A stretch of DNA of 64,000 nucleotides, taken from NCBI GenBank assembly GCA_965200875.1, contig OZ241456.1, positions 1,561,774 to 1,625,773 of the forward strand, written 5' to 3'. The notes under the pieces are model-generated. The model did not search any database and was not told the DNA's origin. It was given only the letters and a program-made list of their open reading frames with translations. This document shows positions 10,620 through 20,328 of the stretch, piece by piece. Origin of the DNA: Bdellovibrionales bacterium (GTDB lineage Bacteria > Bdellovibrionota > Bdellovibrionia > Bdellovibrionales > UBA1609). How positions within the stretch are numbered: the first letter of the stretch is position 1; each line of letters opens with the position of its first letter. Made by a program: the position numbers and the translations under genes.

Positions 10620-10693
10620 GCGCCCGTAGCTCAGCTGGATAGAGTACCTGACTACGGATCAGGGGGTCGGAGGTTCGAATCCTTCCGGGCGTG
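10620..10693 (+). tRNA. tRNA-Arg (anticodon ACG)
   Basis: Hand-folded. Acceptor GCGCCCG/CGGGCGT (G1-U72 wobble), D-arm GCTC-AGCTGGATA-GAGT, anticodon stem CCTGA/TCAGG with loop CTACGGA, T-arm GGAGG-TTCGAAT-CCTTC. Confidence 0.9.
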
Positions 10694-10707
10694 CATTTTT
10701 ACTAGAT

Positions 10708-11409
10708 TTATTCCCATTGGATTTTCACTTCTTCAAAATCATCTTCTTTTTTCTGCTTTTCCGGTTCTACAGGTTCTATAGGTTCTAAAATAACCTGCAT
10801 ATCTCCTGTAAAATGCACATTATAACCTTGCTCTCTGGCAGTTCTCACAAAATCAGCAATAAACTCATTTTTCTCCTGTTCATTTCTTTTCTCCAAGTGC
10901 TCTTTCAACCAGTCTTTATGCGCTATTTGCCGACGAATAATCTCTTCCGGATCTTTATAAATATCGTTTTCAAAAGGCTTTTCATCTAAATCCTGGAAAA
11001 CAGATTTTATAGAGGGATCATTAGAAAAACGCACACCCATATCCAAAGAAGAAACATCAGGTTCAATAGAATCTATGCTTTCCACCGGTTTTTTAAATTT
11101 TTCAGAAATAGTGTCATGAGATTGAATATCCTGCAGAAGTTTGAGACTTGCTTTTTTCTGTTCAATTTTTTCATCTATGGTAAGAGCTTTACCGGGTTGA
11201 TCCAAAACAGGGGTAAACGGAGAAGGTACTTTTTTATTTTGAAAAAAATACACACCAGCTGTAATTATACCCACCAAAAATAAAAAAGAGAAAAAATCAA
11301 AATCGTTTTTCTTCCTTTTTTTTGTTTTCGAAACGATTTGTTTTTTTTCTTTCCGGCGGGAATGATTATATTGTGAACGATGTCTGCTTTTTCTGCGACG
11401 AGTAGCCAT
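10708..11409 (-). CDS. Hypothetical membrane-anchored protein with a very basic N-terminus, one TM and an acidic tail
   Basis: Long ORF next to the tRNAs. Arg/Lys-rich first 40 aa followed by the hydrophobic segment FFSFLFLVGIITAGVYFF. No family recognised. Confidence 0.4.
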   Translation of the reverse strand: MATRRRKSRHRSQYNHSRRKEKKQIVSKTKKRKKNDFDFFSFLFLVGIITAGVYFFQNKKVPSPFTPVLDQPGKALTIDEKIEQKKASLKLLQDIQSHDTISEKFKKPVESIDSIEPDVSSLDMGVRFSNDPSIKSVFQDLDEKPFENDIYKDPEEIIRRQIAHKDWLKEHLEKRNEQEKNEFIADFVRTAREQGYNVHFTGDMQVILEPIEPVEPEKQKKEDDFEEVKIQWE

Positions 11410-11675
11410 AACAAAACACTTATCGGTTATAAATTACTTTTTATTAAACAGAAAAATAGAATTGTTCATCCACAAGCTATGGTCTTTTAACCCCTTTGAA
11501 AAGGTTTTTTTCAGTAATACATAAGGAAAAACTTAAAAATCCGGTAAAAATTTGTATATTTATTGGAAAACTGGTATAAATTCTTAGTCTTTCAGGGATG
11601 GGTTAAAGAACGCAATCAAAAATATTATATTACTTCAAAACCTGAGAATTTCCACTCTCACAGAATGGAGGTATA

Positions 11676-13370
11676 GTGAAACACAGAAATTTTTTTTTAA
11701 AAGACCGATTTATTTCCAACCGTATGGGTGTAATCATCTGTATTTTTACAGTTTTTTTGTTTCCAGCTTGGGCAAAACCAGTTCAAACTCAAAAAATAAT
11801 TGTATCTGGTCCTTCTAGTCATCTCATGGAAACGGTTAAAGATATTTATCGTCAAGGAGGCAATATCTTTGACGCGGCTATTGCCGGTGCTTTTACTCTC
11901 AGTGTGACACATCCGTATTTTGTATCTTTAGGTTGTGGAGGTTTTGCCTTGTTAAAAAGCAAAGCGGGAGGCCAGATTCAGGTTTTGGATTTTCGGGAAA
12001 CAGCACCTGTCGCAATATCAGAAGACTTTTATGTCAAAAACAAGCTTTCCTCCACGAAGACAGGATCCGCCGTGGGTGTCCCCGGTTTTGTTGCGGGCCA
12101 ATGGGCCATTCATCAAAAATATGGTTCTCTTCCCTGGGCTGAACTCATTAAACCGGCCATTAAACTGGCTGATAAAGGTTTTATGGTTTCAGGACAGTGG
12201 ATGAATAAAACAAAAGGCAAAAGAAAAAAATTTAATCTTTCCGGACAAAGAATTTTTTTTCACTCTGACGGCACACCTTATTTGCCGGGAAAGTTTGTTC
12301 AGCAAAAAAAACTTTTGAAAGCTTTAAGGCTCATTGAAAGAAAAAATAAAACCTTGTTTTATGACGGATTGATTGGAAAAGATATTGTAAAAACAGTATC
12401 AGAAAACAAAGGAGTGCTAAGTCTTGAGGATTTAAAAAATTATCAGGTACGTTGGCTAAAACCACTCTCTTTTTCTTTTGGTCAATACACAGTATACAGT
12501 ATGCCTCTTCCCAGCTCAGGGGGAATCATACTAGCTCGCGCAGCTCAGATCATACAGCATAAAAAAATACATGGGTTTTCTTTGTACAGTGTGAGCGAAT
12601 GGCATTTGTTGGGGGAAACGCTGGCTTTTTCTTTTCGCCCGCGTAGTCAGATGGGGGATTTAAGCCAGCCAGCTCCTTATTTAAAACACTGGCTTTCCCG
12701 CAAAAAACTACAGGATCTCAGCACTCAAATATCTTTAAAAAAGGTGAAAAAACTTCCGATTTTAAAAGATACTTTATTTCGTGAATCAAAAGACACCACT
12801 CATTTTTCCATAATGAACAATCAAGGGGAAGCGGTGTCCATGACTTTGACTTTAAACGGCAACTTTGGTTCTTTCCTTGTTACAGACAAATATGGCATTG
12901 TTTTGAACAATCAAATGGATGATTTTAATACCCGTCCGGGCAAGCCCAATCAATTTGGTTTAATACAAGGAAGAAACAACAAAGTGAAAACAGGGGGATA
13001 TCGTCCTTTAAGTTCTATGAGTCCCACTATTGTGGAAAAAAACGGAAAAACAGTGATGGTCTTAGGGGCAGCAGGCGGGCCTATGATTATCAGTTCGGTG
13101 TTACAAACTTTATACCGCCATTTGATGAATGGTTTAAATCTGGACTCTGCTGTTCAATCTCCTCGCGTACATCATCAGTTTTTACCACGGGTTTTGTTTG
13201 TGGAAAAAAATCGCTTTTCCCCTGTGGTTTTAAGTTTATTGAGAAAGCGAGGGCATTATATCAAAACCCGGGATTCCATTGCCAAGGTGTATGCGGTTTC
13301 TAGGAGAAAAGATGGACTTCTGGAAGGAGCTTTTGATGCCCGTGGTGAAGGCGCGACAGGCGGTTTATAG
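11676..13370 (+). CDS. ggt: Gamma-glutamyltransferase
   Basis: Autoprocessing/catalytic site DTTHFSIMN, plus GGPMIISSVLQ and MSPTIV motifs. Signal peptide present. Confidence 0.85.
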   Translation: MKHRNFFLKDRFISNRMGVIICIFTVFLFPAWAKPVQTQKIIVSGPSSHLMETVKDIYRQGGNIFDAAIAGAFTLSVTHPYFVSLGCGGFALLKSKAGGQIQVLDFRETAPVAISEDFYVKNKLSSTKTGSAVGVPGFVAGQWAIHQKYGSLPWAELIKPAIKLADKGFMVSGQWMNKTKGKRKKFNLSGQRIFFHSDGTPYLPGKFVQQKKLLKALRLIERKNKTLFYDGLIGKDIVKTVSENKGVLSLEDLKNYQVRWLKPLSFSFGQYTVYSMPLPSSGGIILARAAQIIQHKKIHGFSLYSVSEWHLLGETLAFSFRPRSQMGDLSQPAPYLKHWLSRKKLQDLSTQISLKKVKKLPILKDTLFRESKDTTHFSIMNNQGEAVSMTLTLNGNFGSFLVTDKYGIVLNNQMDDFNTRPGKPNQFGLIQGRNNKVKTGGYRPLSSMSPTIVEKNGKTVMVLGAAGGPMIISSVLQTLYRHLMNGLNLDSAVQSPRVHHQFLPRVLFVEKNRFSPVVLSLLRKRGHYIKTRDSIAKVYAVSRRKDGLLEGAFDARGEGATGGL

Positions 13371-13386
13371 CTCTTTTTTATATAAC

Positions 13387-14076
13387 TTAAAGTGCCATAT
13401 CTTTGCTGAGTGGAATTTGCGTTTTTTCTGAGCAATGTTTCAGATAATTCTCCAATACGGGCGGAAAAGACAAGTCTTTTACTATAGTCAAGCTTCTCAA
13501 AAAAGCAAACAAATGAAAATCGTTAAAACTGATTTGTTCCCCTAGATACCATTGATTTTCCCTATTTCCCGTCTGTTGTGAATGAGAAGGTTTTTTTTGT
13601 AAAAGCTTATCTTTTATTTTTAATAAAGTCTCTCCAATTTCTTTTTTAAATGGTTCTGTGTTTTCCAAAGCTTTGGCAAAAGACCCAATCATTTTCTCTT
13701 TTTTGGTTTGGAAATATTTACGAGCGGAAGGAGTCTTAAACTCTTCCATTGCTGAACTCACCCATCGGGGCATGACGAGGCTACAATAAGCTTTTCGCGC
13801 TTGTTCAAAGATCTCAAACAAAGAAGGATCCTCTTTTTTTGAGATAACCACTGGTGGATATTTTTCATCAATAAATTGCACAATATCCATACTCTCTGGC
13901 ATAAATTTCCCTGGTGTATATTCCAAAATGGGAACCATTTTTTGTCCGATCATGCTCACAGGTGTTTTTTCGTCGTCATTTAATAAAGTAACCTGTTCAA
14001 CAGATATGTTTTTAAGCCCGAAGATCATACGAGCTTTTACACAATAAGGGCAATGATCATAGATAAACAATTTCAT
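13387..14076 (-). CDS. Glutaredoxin 2-like protein (GST fold)
   Basis: N-terminal MKLFIYDHCPYCVKARMIFGLKNI (CPYC active site) and a Grx2-type length of about 229 aa. Confidence 0.7.
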   Translation of the reverse strand: MKLFIYDHCPYCVKARMIFGLKNISVEQVTLLNDDEKTPVSMIGQKMVPILEYTPGKFMPESMDIVQFIDEKYPPVVISKKEDPSLFEIFEQARKAYCSLVMPRWVSSAMEEFKTPSARKYFQTKKEKMIGSFAKALENTEPFKKEIGETLLKIKDKLLQKKPSHSQQTGNRENQWYLGEQISFNDFHLFAFLRSLTIVKDLSFPPVLENYLKHCSEKTQIPLSKDMAL

Positions 14077-14099
14077 TATTTAGTCCTCCGGTGGGTGGT

Positions 14100-15173
14100 T
14101 TAAGAAACTTTTACACTAGAAAAACCTTTATGGGAAAGGATTTTTTGCAGTAAACTGGATGGATTTTGTTTTTTAAGTTCTTTTGTTTTTACCCATAATA
14201 AGTTTTTTTGTTGAAATTTGCCAGCCCTTGAAAGTTGTTTCAGAGTGAAGGACTTGGAGAGAGAAACATAAATGGTATAGTGAGTAATGGAGTGGATAAA
14301 ATCATATTGGGCGGGGGCTTTGTTTTTTTTTAAAGCTCTTCCCGGAAAAGCCGGATAATTTTTTAAAACCGGAAGCGGATGGTTTTGCGCAAGAGCTATT
14401 TGATTTTTTTTAGTCAAAATAACCGGCTGATAAAACAATATTTCTTTTTTATTTTGTTTTTTAGCTATGGGAATGATGTCTGTTTGCTCCTGCCTAAAAG
14501 CCTTACAATTTTTTTTAAGAGGACAGATGAGACAAAGTGGGTTTCTGGCTTTACAGACAATAGCCCCTAATTCCATTAACGCCTGATTGACAACAGAAGA
14601 AGGATATTTTTCCATCCATCTATCCACTTCGTTTTGCAAAACTTTTTTGCCGGCTGTATTCCACCAGATTTTTTTAAAACCCAAAAAGCGAGTTATCACC
14701 CGAATGACATTGGCATCCAGCACTCCTGTTTTTTCATTAAAAGCCAGAGAGCTTACAGCTCTTGAGGTGTAAGGGCCAAAACCCGGAAATTTTAACAATT
14801 CTTTATAAGTTTTTGGGAAATATTTTTTTTCGTGGATAAGGCGAACAGACTTATGCAGATTTTTAATTCGAGAATAATAACCCAGTCCAGACCAATAAGG
14901 AAGCACTTCTTCCAAAGAAGCTTTTGCCAATACTTTCAAAGTGTTAAATTTTTTAATAAATTTTTCATAATAGGGGATGACTGTGTTTACAGTGGTCTGT
15001 TGCAACATAAACTCTGAAACCAATATGGTATAGGCTCCTTTTTTATTTCTCCAAGGAAGTGGTCTTTTGTGTTTTTCATACCACTTGATGAGTTCCCGTA
15101 AATTCGGTGCGGGGCCTGCTCCATCTGTCTTTTTGACTTTTTTCAAATCCCTTCCCCTCTCTTTTATCAGCAC
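14100..15173 (-). CDS. mutY: A/G-specific adenine DNA glycosylase
   Basis: LPWR motif, HhH-GPD region (GFGPYTSRAV), 4Fe-4S cysteine cluster C-x6-C-x2-C-x5-C (CKARNPLCLICPLKKNC), and a NUDIX-like C-terminal domain. GTG start. Confidence 0.8.
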   Translation of the reverse strand: MLIKERGRDLKKVKKTDGAGPAPNLRELIKWYEKHKRPLPWRNKKGAYTILVSEFMLQQTTVNTVIPYYEKFIKKFNTLKVLAKASLEEVLPYWSGLGYYSRIKNLHKSVRLIHEKKYFPKTYKELLKFPGFGPYTSRAVSSLAFNEKTGVLDANVIRVITRFLGFKKIWWNTAGKKVLQNEVDRWMEKYPSSVVNQALMELGAIVCKARNPLCLICPLKKNCKAFRQEQTDIIPIAKKQNKKEILFYQPVILTKKNQIALAQNHPLPVLKNYPAFPGRALKKNKAPAQYDFIHSITHYTIYVSLSKSFTLKQLSRAGKFQQKNLLWVKTKELKKQNPSSLLQKILSHKGFSSVKVS

Positions 15174-15188
15174 TGATCCAGTGCCGGA

Positions 15189-18100
15189 CTATTTACTGTT
15201 TAAAATGTCTAGTAAAACTTTTTCCATTTTCAAAAATCCGGATTTGTTTTTTATAGTGCCCTGAGCGAAGCGGGGCTTCCCTCCTCCTTTGCCATTTAAA
15301 CGAGGTGCAAGGATGTTTTTTAAAAGATCTCCGGCAGAGATATGTTGTCGTAATTCCTTGGACACAGTAACCACAATAGGATGCCCTTCTGCTTTTTCTC
15401 CAAGTGCTATTACCAAAGCCGGCCCGGAAAGTTTGGATTTTAACTGATCCGCTTTTTCCGCGAGAATTTTTCTGTCCTCTATGGGAAAGGTTGTCATCAA
15501 TAGCTCGCCTTTTATGTTCTGGCCTTTAAAAACTTTCGCATTTTTCAGAACCTTTTCCGGGTTAAAGGAAGAAGAAAGGCTTTCAATTTGTGTTTTAAGC
15601 CGATCTATTTCCTCCTCTTTTTTTTTGGCAACTGAAATAAAAGGGTTTTCTTTTTCGCTAAGAGTTTCCAAAGCACTTTGTTCTTCCTTGTTTTTTTCTG
15701 CACCAGCTTTCAGTTTGGGAAGAGGAAGTTTTAAGTATTTTCTAAGCTCTTCGTTTTGCCTAGCCAGAAAAACACTCCCCGAAATGGAATTATGTTTATA
15801 ATTTTTTCCTTTAGAGCTTTTAGAGGAATCTTGCCCACTTTTTTTGGAACTGACTTTGGAAAAAAAGGATTGCTTAAGCTCTTTTTTTAATTTTTTGATT
15901 TCCGATTCTTTTTCCTCAAACCAATGAATGAAGGGATTTTGAGATTTTGCAGATTCTGTTAAAGGGAGGTTTAAATATTCTCCAAGCTCTGTGTTTTGTT
16001 TTGCCAAAAGCTTAAACCACTTCTTTAAAACCTCGCTAGTCAGGGCTTGGATCCGGCGCACTCCTGACTGAACACCGGTTTCAGAAATAATTTTAAAATC
16101 ACCAATTTCGGAGGTGTTTTTAACATGAATACCACCACAAAGCTCAAAGCTTTCTCCCATTCGGATGGTGCGCGCCTCTTTCGCGTAATTTTCCCCTGCA
16201 AGAGAAATCGCACCTTGGCTTATAGCCTGTTCATAGGAACAAACTTTATCCGTCACAGCCTCGCCGGCCTGAATATAACTTTTTACTTTGTTTTCTATTT
16301 CCTTTAGCTCTTCATGGCTTAAAGGTTTTGGGTGGCTGAAATCAAATCTTAATTTTCCAGGCTCCACCAAGGATCCCATCTGCCGAATGGAGTTTCCAAG
16401 TATGACTCTTAAGGATTGGTTTAAAAGGTGAGTGGCGGAATGACTTTTAGCAATAAGCCTTCGGTGATCCGTATCCACTTTCATTTTACAAAGTTGACCA
16501 AGCTCCAACTTTCCTTTTAGCACTTTTACGGCGTGAAAAATCAAACTTCCCATTTTTTGAGCATCCAATACCTTGGCTACTCCCTCCTGCTTTTTTCCAT
16601 TTTCATCGGTGTAATTCCACTCAAAAAAACCTTTATCTCCAAGGGGCCCTCCCCCTTCCGGGTAAAAACAGGTCTTATCTGTTGTCAGCCAGTTAAGCTC
16701 TCCAACATCAAGCTGAGAGAGAAAAATTAACTCCAATTTTTCCGGATCATCAGACATTGTATCAGCCAGCGAAAACTCCTTGATTTGCGGAAGAAGCAAA
16801 ACTTTTCCATCTTCTTCACTTTTTTCATAGCCTGTAAACTCTGTGCTTTTTTTTTCAAAACATTGCAAAATATCACTTTCATGAATTTTTAAACAATTCC
16901 ATTGTTCCAATAATGCAAACCTGGCTTTTGTTTCATCAGAAACAACTTTGTGAGTGGTAGTTTTTTTTAAGCGAGCAATATCTTTTAAACGGTGTCTCTG
17001 TTTTTTGGAAACTGTGGAAAATCTGTTTTTTAAGTCTTCCAGATTCAAGGGATTTACAGCAAATCCTTTTTCCCGGGCAATGAGACAGGTGAGATCCGGT
17101 GGGAAGCCATAAGTGTTGTAAAGATCCCACACCATATCCTCAGGAATTTTTTTATCAGAAAGCATCTTTATTTTTTTCAAAAAAACATTTTGTCCATCCT
17201 GCAAACTTTGATGAAATAAATTATTTTCAGCTTTTATAATAGACATAATAAAGTCCTCTTCTTTTTTTAAGCTCGGGTAAATGGGACTCATTTTGTCAAT
17301 TACCGCCTGCGCACCAGCAGATAAAAGTTCTTTTTCTGAATGCAACTTATGGCTGTAAAAAAGAGCTCTTCTTAAAACACGTCTTAAAACATAATTTTCT
17401 CCCTCGCTTCCTGGTAAAACTCCATCCCCTATCAGGAAAGAAACGGCTCTGCTGTGGTCCGCTATTACCCGAAAGGCCACTTGCCTCTCTGCTTGTGTCC
17501 CCTGTTCCTCTTCTCCGGTAAAGTCATACTTAAGCCCCGATGTTTTTTCCAAAGCCATTATGATGTTTTTAAAAAGATCTGTGTGGTAATTGCTTTTTTG
17601 ACCTTGTAAAACCGCGGAAAGTCTTTCCAAACCCATACCGGTATCCACACAAGGTGTGGGAAGCTTTTCCCGGATTTTCTTATTTCCTTTAAAAAACTCG
17701 TTAAACTCCATAAAAACTAGGTTCCAAATTTCTGTCATATCTTCAGGGTTTGGTTCTTTTTTTGGTCCTTCATAATAATAAATTTCCGAGCAGGGACCTG
17801 AAGGACCTGTATCCCCCATGCGCCAGAAATTATCTTTTTCCCCTAAAAGAAATAATTTCTCTGTGGAAAAACCCTGATCTTTTTTCCATATTTCAAAGCT
17901 TTCCCGGTCTTCCTGAAAAACACTTGCCCAAAGCCGGTCTCTGGAAAGCCCAAGCTCTTCTGTGAGAAAGTAAAGGGCGTGGTCTATCGCCTTTTTTTTA
18001 AAATAAGAACCAAAGGAAAAGTTTCCCATCATTTCAAAAAAAGTATGATGAAAAGGAGAGTAACCAACCTCTTCCAGATCATTGTGTTTTCCTCCGGCAC

Positions 18101-18302
18101 GCATACATTTTTGGATACTGCATATCTGAGGGTGAGGGGGTTTTTTAAGGCTTAAAAAAAAATCTTTAAACGGGTTCATCCCTGCGTTGGTGAATAACAG
18201 GGAGGAATTTCCCTCAGGGATAAGAGTGGAGCTTTTAACCCAGAGGTGATCCTGATCCGTGAAATAGTTTTTAAACTTTTCTCTTAAGATCTGGCTTTTC
18301 AT
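15189..18302 (-). CDS. alaS: Alanine-tRNA ligase, unusually long at 1037 aa
   Basis: Class II AlaRS N-terminus (FTNAGMNPFKDFF), editing-domain HSATHLL and CGGIHV motifs, and a C-Ala domain with GGGKPRFAQG. Confidence 0.9.
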   Translation of the reverse strand: MKSQILREKFKNYFTDQDHLWVKSSTLIPEGNSSLLFTNAGMNPFKDFFLSLKKPPHPQICSIQKCMRAGGKHNDLEEVGYSPFHHTFFEMMGNFSFGSYFKKKAIDHALYFLTEELGLSRDRLWASVFQEDRESFEIWKKDQGFSTEKLFLLGEKDNFWRMGDTGPSGPCSEIYYYEGPKKEPNPEDMTEIWNLVFMEFNEFFKGNKKIREKLPTPCVDTGMGLERLSAVLQGQKSNYHTDLFKNIIMALEKTSGLKYDFTGEEEQGTQAERQVAFRVIADHSRAVSFLIGDGVLPGSEGENYVLRRVLRRALFYSHKLHSEKELLSAGAQAVIDKMSPIYPSLKKEEDFIMSIIKAENNLFHQSLQDGQNVFLKKIKMLSDKKIPEDMVWDLYNTYGFPPDLTCLIAREKGFAVNPLNLEDLKNRFSTVSKKQRHRLKDIARLKKTTTHKVVSDETKARFALLEQWNCLKIHESDILQCFEKKSTEFTGYEKSEEDGKVLLLPQIKEFSLADTMSDDPEKLELIFLSQLDVGELNWLTTDKTCFYPEGGGPLGDKGFFEWNYTDENGKKQEGVAKVLDAQKMGSLIFHAVKVLKGKLELGQLCKMKVDTDHRRLIAKSHSATHLLNQSLRVILGNSIRQMGSLVEPGKLRFDFSHPKPLSHEELKEIENKVKSYIQAGEAVTDKVCSYEQAISQGAISLAGENYAKEARTIRMGESFELCGGIHVKNTSEIGDFKIISETGVQSGVRRIQALTSEVLKKWFKLLAKQNTELGEYLNLPLTESAKSQNPFIHWFEEKESEIKKLKKELKQSFFSKVSSKKSGQDSSKSSKGKNYKHNSISGSVFLARQNEELRKYLKLPLPKLKAGAEKNKEEQSALETLSEKENPFISVAKKKEEEIDRLKTQIESLSSSFNPEKVLKNAKVFKGQNIKGELLMTTFPIEDRKILAEKADQLKSKLSGPALVIALGEKAEGHPIVVTVSKELRQHISAGDLLKNILAPRLNGKGGGKPRFAQGTIKNKSGFLKMEKVLLDILNSK

Positions 18303-18307
18303 GTTTT

Positions 18308-18760
18308 TCAGGGCCTTTCCTTTTCGGAAAAATGTTCATGTATCACTTTTTTTGCTGTAGCCCCTTCAAAGCCTCTATAGATCAGGAAATGATACATTTT
18401 TTTTATGGTATCTTGTGAGGGGTCTTCCGCAGGGTTCAGTTTTTTGGCGAGCCACCAGCGACACTTTTCTTCTTCTAAATCCTCTTGTTTTGAAATCAGC
18501 GGAAGCTTTTTCTTTTTCAAAGCCGATTGAATAAAAAGCCAGCCCTTCTTTTTTTTATGCAGTTGCCCAGCTAAACGGCCAGCCAGCTCTTCCGGATTTA
18601 TGAGCCATTTTTTTTCCCTAGCAAGTTTAAGGGCTTTTTCCACCGATACCTCATCAAATTTTTTCAATTTTAACTTCAATTCATATTCTGAGTGGGCACG
18701 ATAACTCAGATAGGTTTTGATTTTTTCCAATAAAATTTTTTCCGATGTTTTGTTTTCCAT
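18308..18760 (-). CDS. recX: Recombination regulator RecX
   Basis: 150-aa helical-repeat protein. LSYRAHSEYELKLKL is typical of RecX. Sits immediately upstream of alaS, as in many bacteria. Confidence 0.65.
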   Translation of the reverse strand: MENKTSEKILLEKIKTYLSYRAHSEYELKLKLKKFDEVSVEKALKLAREKKWLINPEELAGRLAGQLHKKKKGWLFIQSALKKKKLPLISKQEDLEEEKCRWWLAKKLNPAEDPSQDTIKKMYHFLIYRGFEGATAKKVIHEHFSEKERP

Positions 18761-18814
18761 TATTATTTTCGCTTGTCTTGACTCTACTATGCTTGCTTCT
18801 ATTCCAGATGGTTT

Positions 18815-19969
18815 TTATTTTTTTAATTTTAAGAACGGTTTTGTAGAACTTTCGGCGTTTTCAGTAAATCTATCATAATCTTTTTCCAAAGAGATACCCG
18901 CTGTAGCCATTTTTATTTTTTCCGAGGAAGAGGAAAAACGATGGCCTGCTCTTTCGGTAATTAAACCATCTTTTAACATTTTGATTAAATGCTGGTCAAA
19001 TGTCTGCATACCCCAGTGACTTTGACTTTGCTCCATAATTGTTCTTATTTTCCCTGCCGAAGCATTTTGTTCGATTTCTTTTTGTACTCTAAGGTTATTG
19101 ATTAATATCTCAACAGCGGGGATATATCCTGATTTGTCCTTTTTGGGAATCAATCTTTGGGAAAACACCGCTTTTAATGTGGAACTTAACATTAATTTTA
19201 TGCTGGTTTGTTCTTGAGCAGAAAACACACTTAAAATTCGAGGTACCACTTCCGCAGCTTCCGAAGTGTGAATAGTGGAAAATACTAAGTGTCCTGTTTC
19301 CGCCGCATTCAAAGCCGTGGAAATGGTATCCTTGGCTCGAAGTTCAGAAAATAAAATAATATCAGGATCTTGTCTTAAAGCAGCTTTTAAAGCCAAATTG
19401 GGATCATAACAATCCACTCCCATTTCTCTTTGAGTGATAAGACTGTGATAGTCCTGAATAAGAAATTCAATCGGGTCTTCAATAGTAATAATATGCTTAT
19501 TTTTGGTTCTGTTGATATGATTGATAATAACTGCCAGAGTTGTTGATTTTCCAACCCCGGTGGCACCGGCAATCAGGATTAAACCTCTTTCTGTCTTGCT
19601 TGAGATGTTTAATATTTCTTTTGGAAGATTCAGTTCTTCAAGAGAAGGGATTTGATGAGGGATATGCCGTATAACTACTCTAAGGCTCCCTCTCTGAAAA
19701 AAAATGTTAAAACGGAATCTCCCTACCCCCTTTAAACCGTAACCTATATCCACAGAACCATTAGTTCTTAATTTTTCCTGATGTGTGTCATTCAAGATCG
19801 GCAAAATAAGTTGTTCTATGCCTTGGTAACTGACTGTGGAAAACTCGGAGCTTAAAGTGGATAATTTGCGCTCTTTTCTCATAATGGGAGGAGCTCCCAC
19901 TTTTAAATGCAAGTCGCTGGCTTTTCTTTTGGTAAGCTCTACAAGTAACTGATTGATGTTTAATTCCAT
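18815..19969 (-). CDS. pilT: Type IV pilus retraction ATPase, PilT family
   Basis: ASDLHL N-terminal motif, Walker A GATGVGKST, Asp box, Walker B DPDIILFSELR, and His box TGHLVFSTIHT. Confidence 0.8.
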   Translation of the reverse strand: MELNINQLLVELTKRKASDLHLKVGAPPIMRKERKLSTLSSEFSTVSYQGIEQLILPILNDTHQEKLRTNGSVDIGYGLKGVGRFRFNIFFQRGSLRVVIRHIPHQIPSLEELNLPKEILNISSKTERGLILIAGATGVGKSTTLAVIINHINRTKNKHIITIEDPIEFLIQDYHSLITQREMGVDCYDPNLALKAALRQDPDIILFSELRAKDTISTALNAAETGHLVFSTIHTSEAAEVVPRILSVFSAQEQTSIKLMLSSTLKAVFSQRLIPKKDKSGYIPAVEILINNLRVQKEIEQNASAGKIRTIMEQSQSHWGMQTFDQHLIKMLKDGLITERAGHRFSSSSEKIKMATAGISLEKDYDRFTENAESSTKPFLKLKK

Positions 19970-20010
19970 TTTTCTCTCTTTGTTTTTTCTTTTTCACACC
20001 CGTCTAGTTA

Positions 20011-20115
20011 GTCCGCCGTGAAAAACCCATAGTGCTTTAATTATCACACTCTTTTTTCAGGTACTTTCCCAAGGAAAACGGGAATCCAGGAAAATCACAT
20101 ACTTTTTCACGGACC
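20011..20115. repeat. Family-A repeat, 105-bp variant lacking the 35-bp central hairpin
   Basis: Apart from the deleted segment, I see no differences from 34916-35055 when aligning by eye. The missing segment is CTGAAAGCCAAGTTGTTGGCTTTCAGTCCCGTGAA. Confidence 0.9.
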
Positions 20116-20146
20116 ACTAGTTAGTGAATCGGTGTATTTGACTTAT

Positions 20147-20168
20147 AAGTTTAAGATATCTTAAACTT
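20147..20168. promoter_or_regulatory. Perfect 22-bp palindrome in the pilT / cinA-recA divergent intergenic region; candidate operator
   Basis: AAGTTTAAGAT|ATCTTAAACTT read directly from the sequence. It lies 161 bp upstream of the cinA-like start. Confidence 0.35.
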
Positions 20169-20328
20169 CCTGATTTGATTGCTAAGATTGTTCGGGGTTT
20201 CATCCTTCAGGGTTTGGTTGAAAAGCTAGGGGAGGCTGAAAAATACCATAGAACCAAGACTTTTTGTTGTGATATATTTGTCAGTTTACGAGTAGTTTTA
20301 TAGAATTTCAGGAGGTTTTTGTAAAGAA

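Noticed and set aside
20116-20328. LexA/SOS box upstream of cinA-recA
   Set aside because: The closest candidate, TTACGAGTAGT (about 20287), does not fit TTAC-N3-GTAA, and no CTGT-N8-ACAG is present. Only the unrelated 22-bp palindrome stands out.
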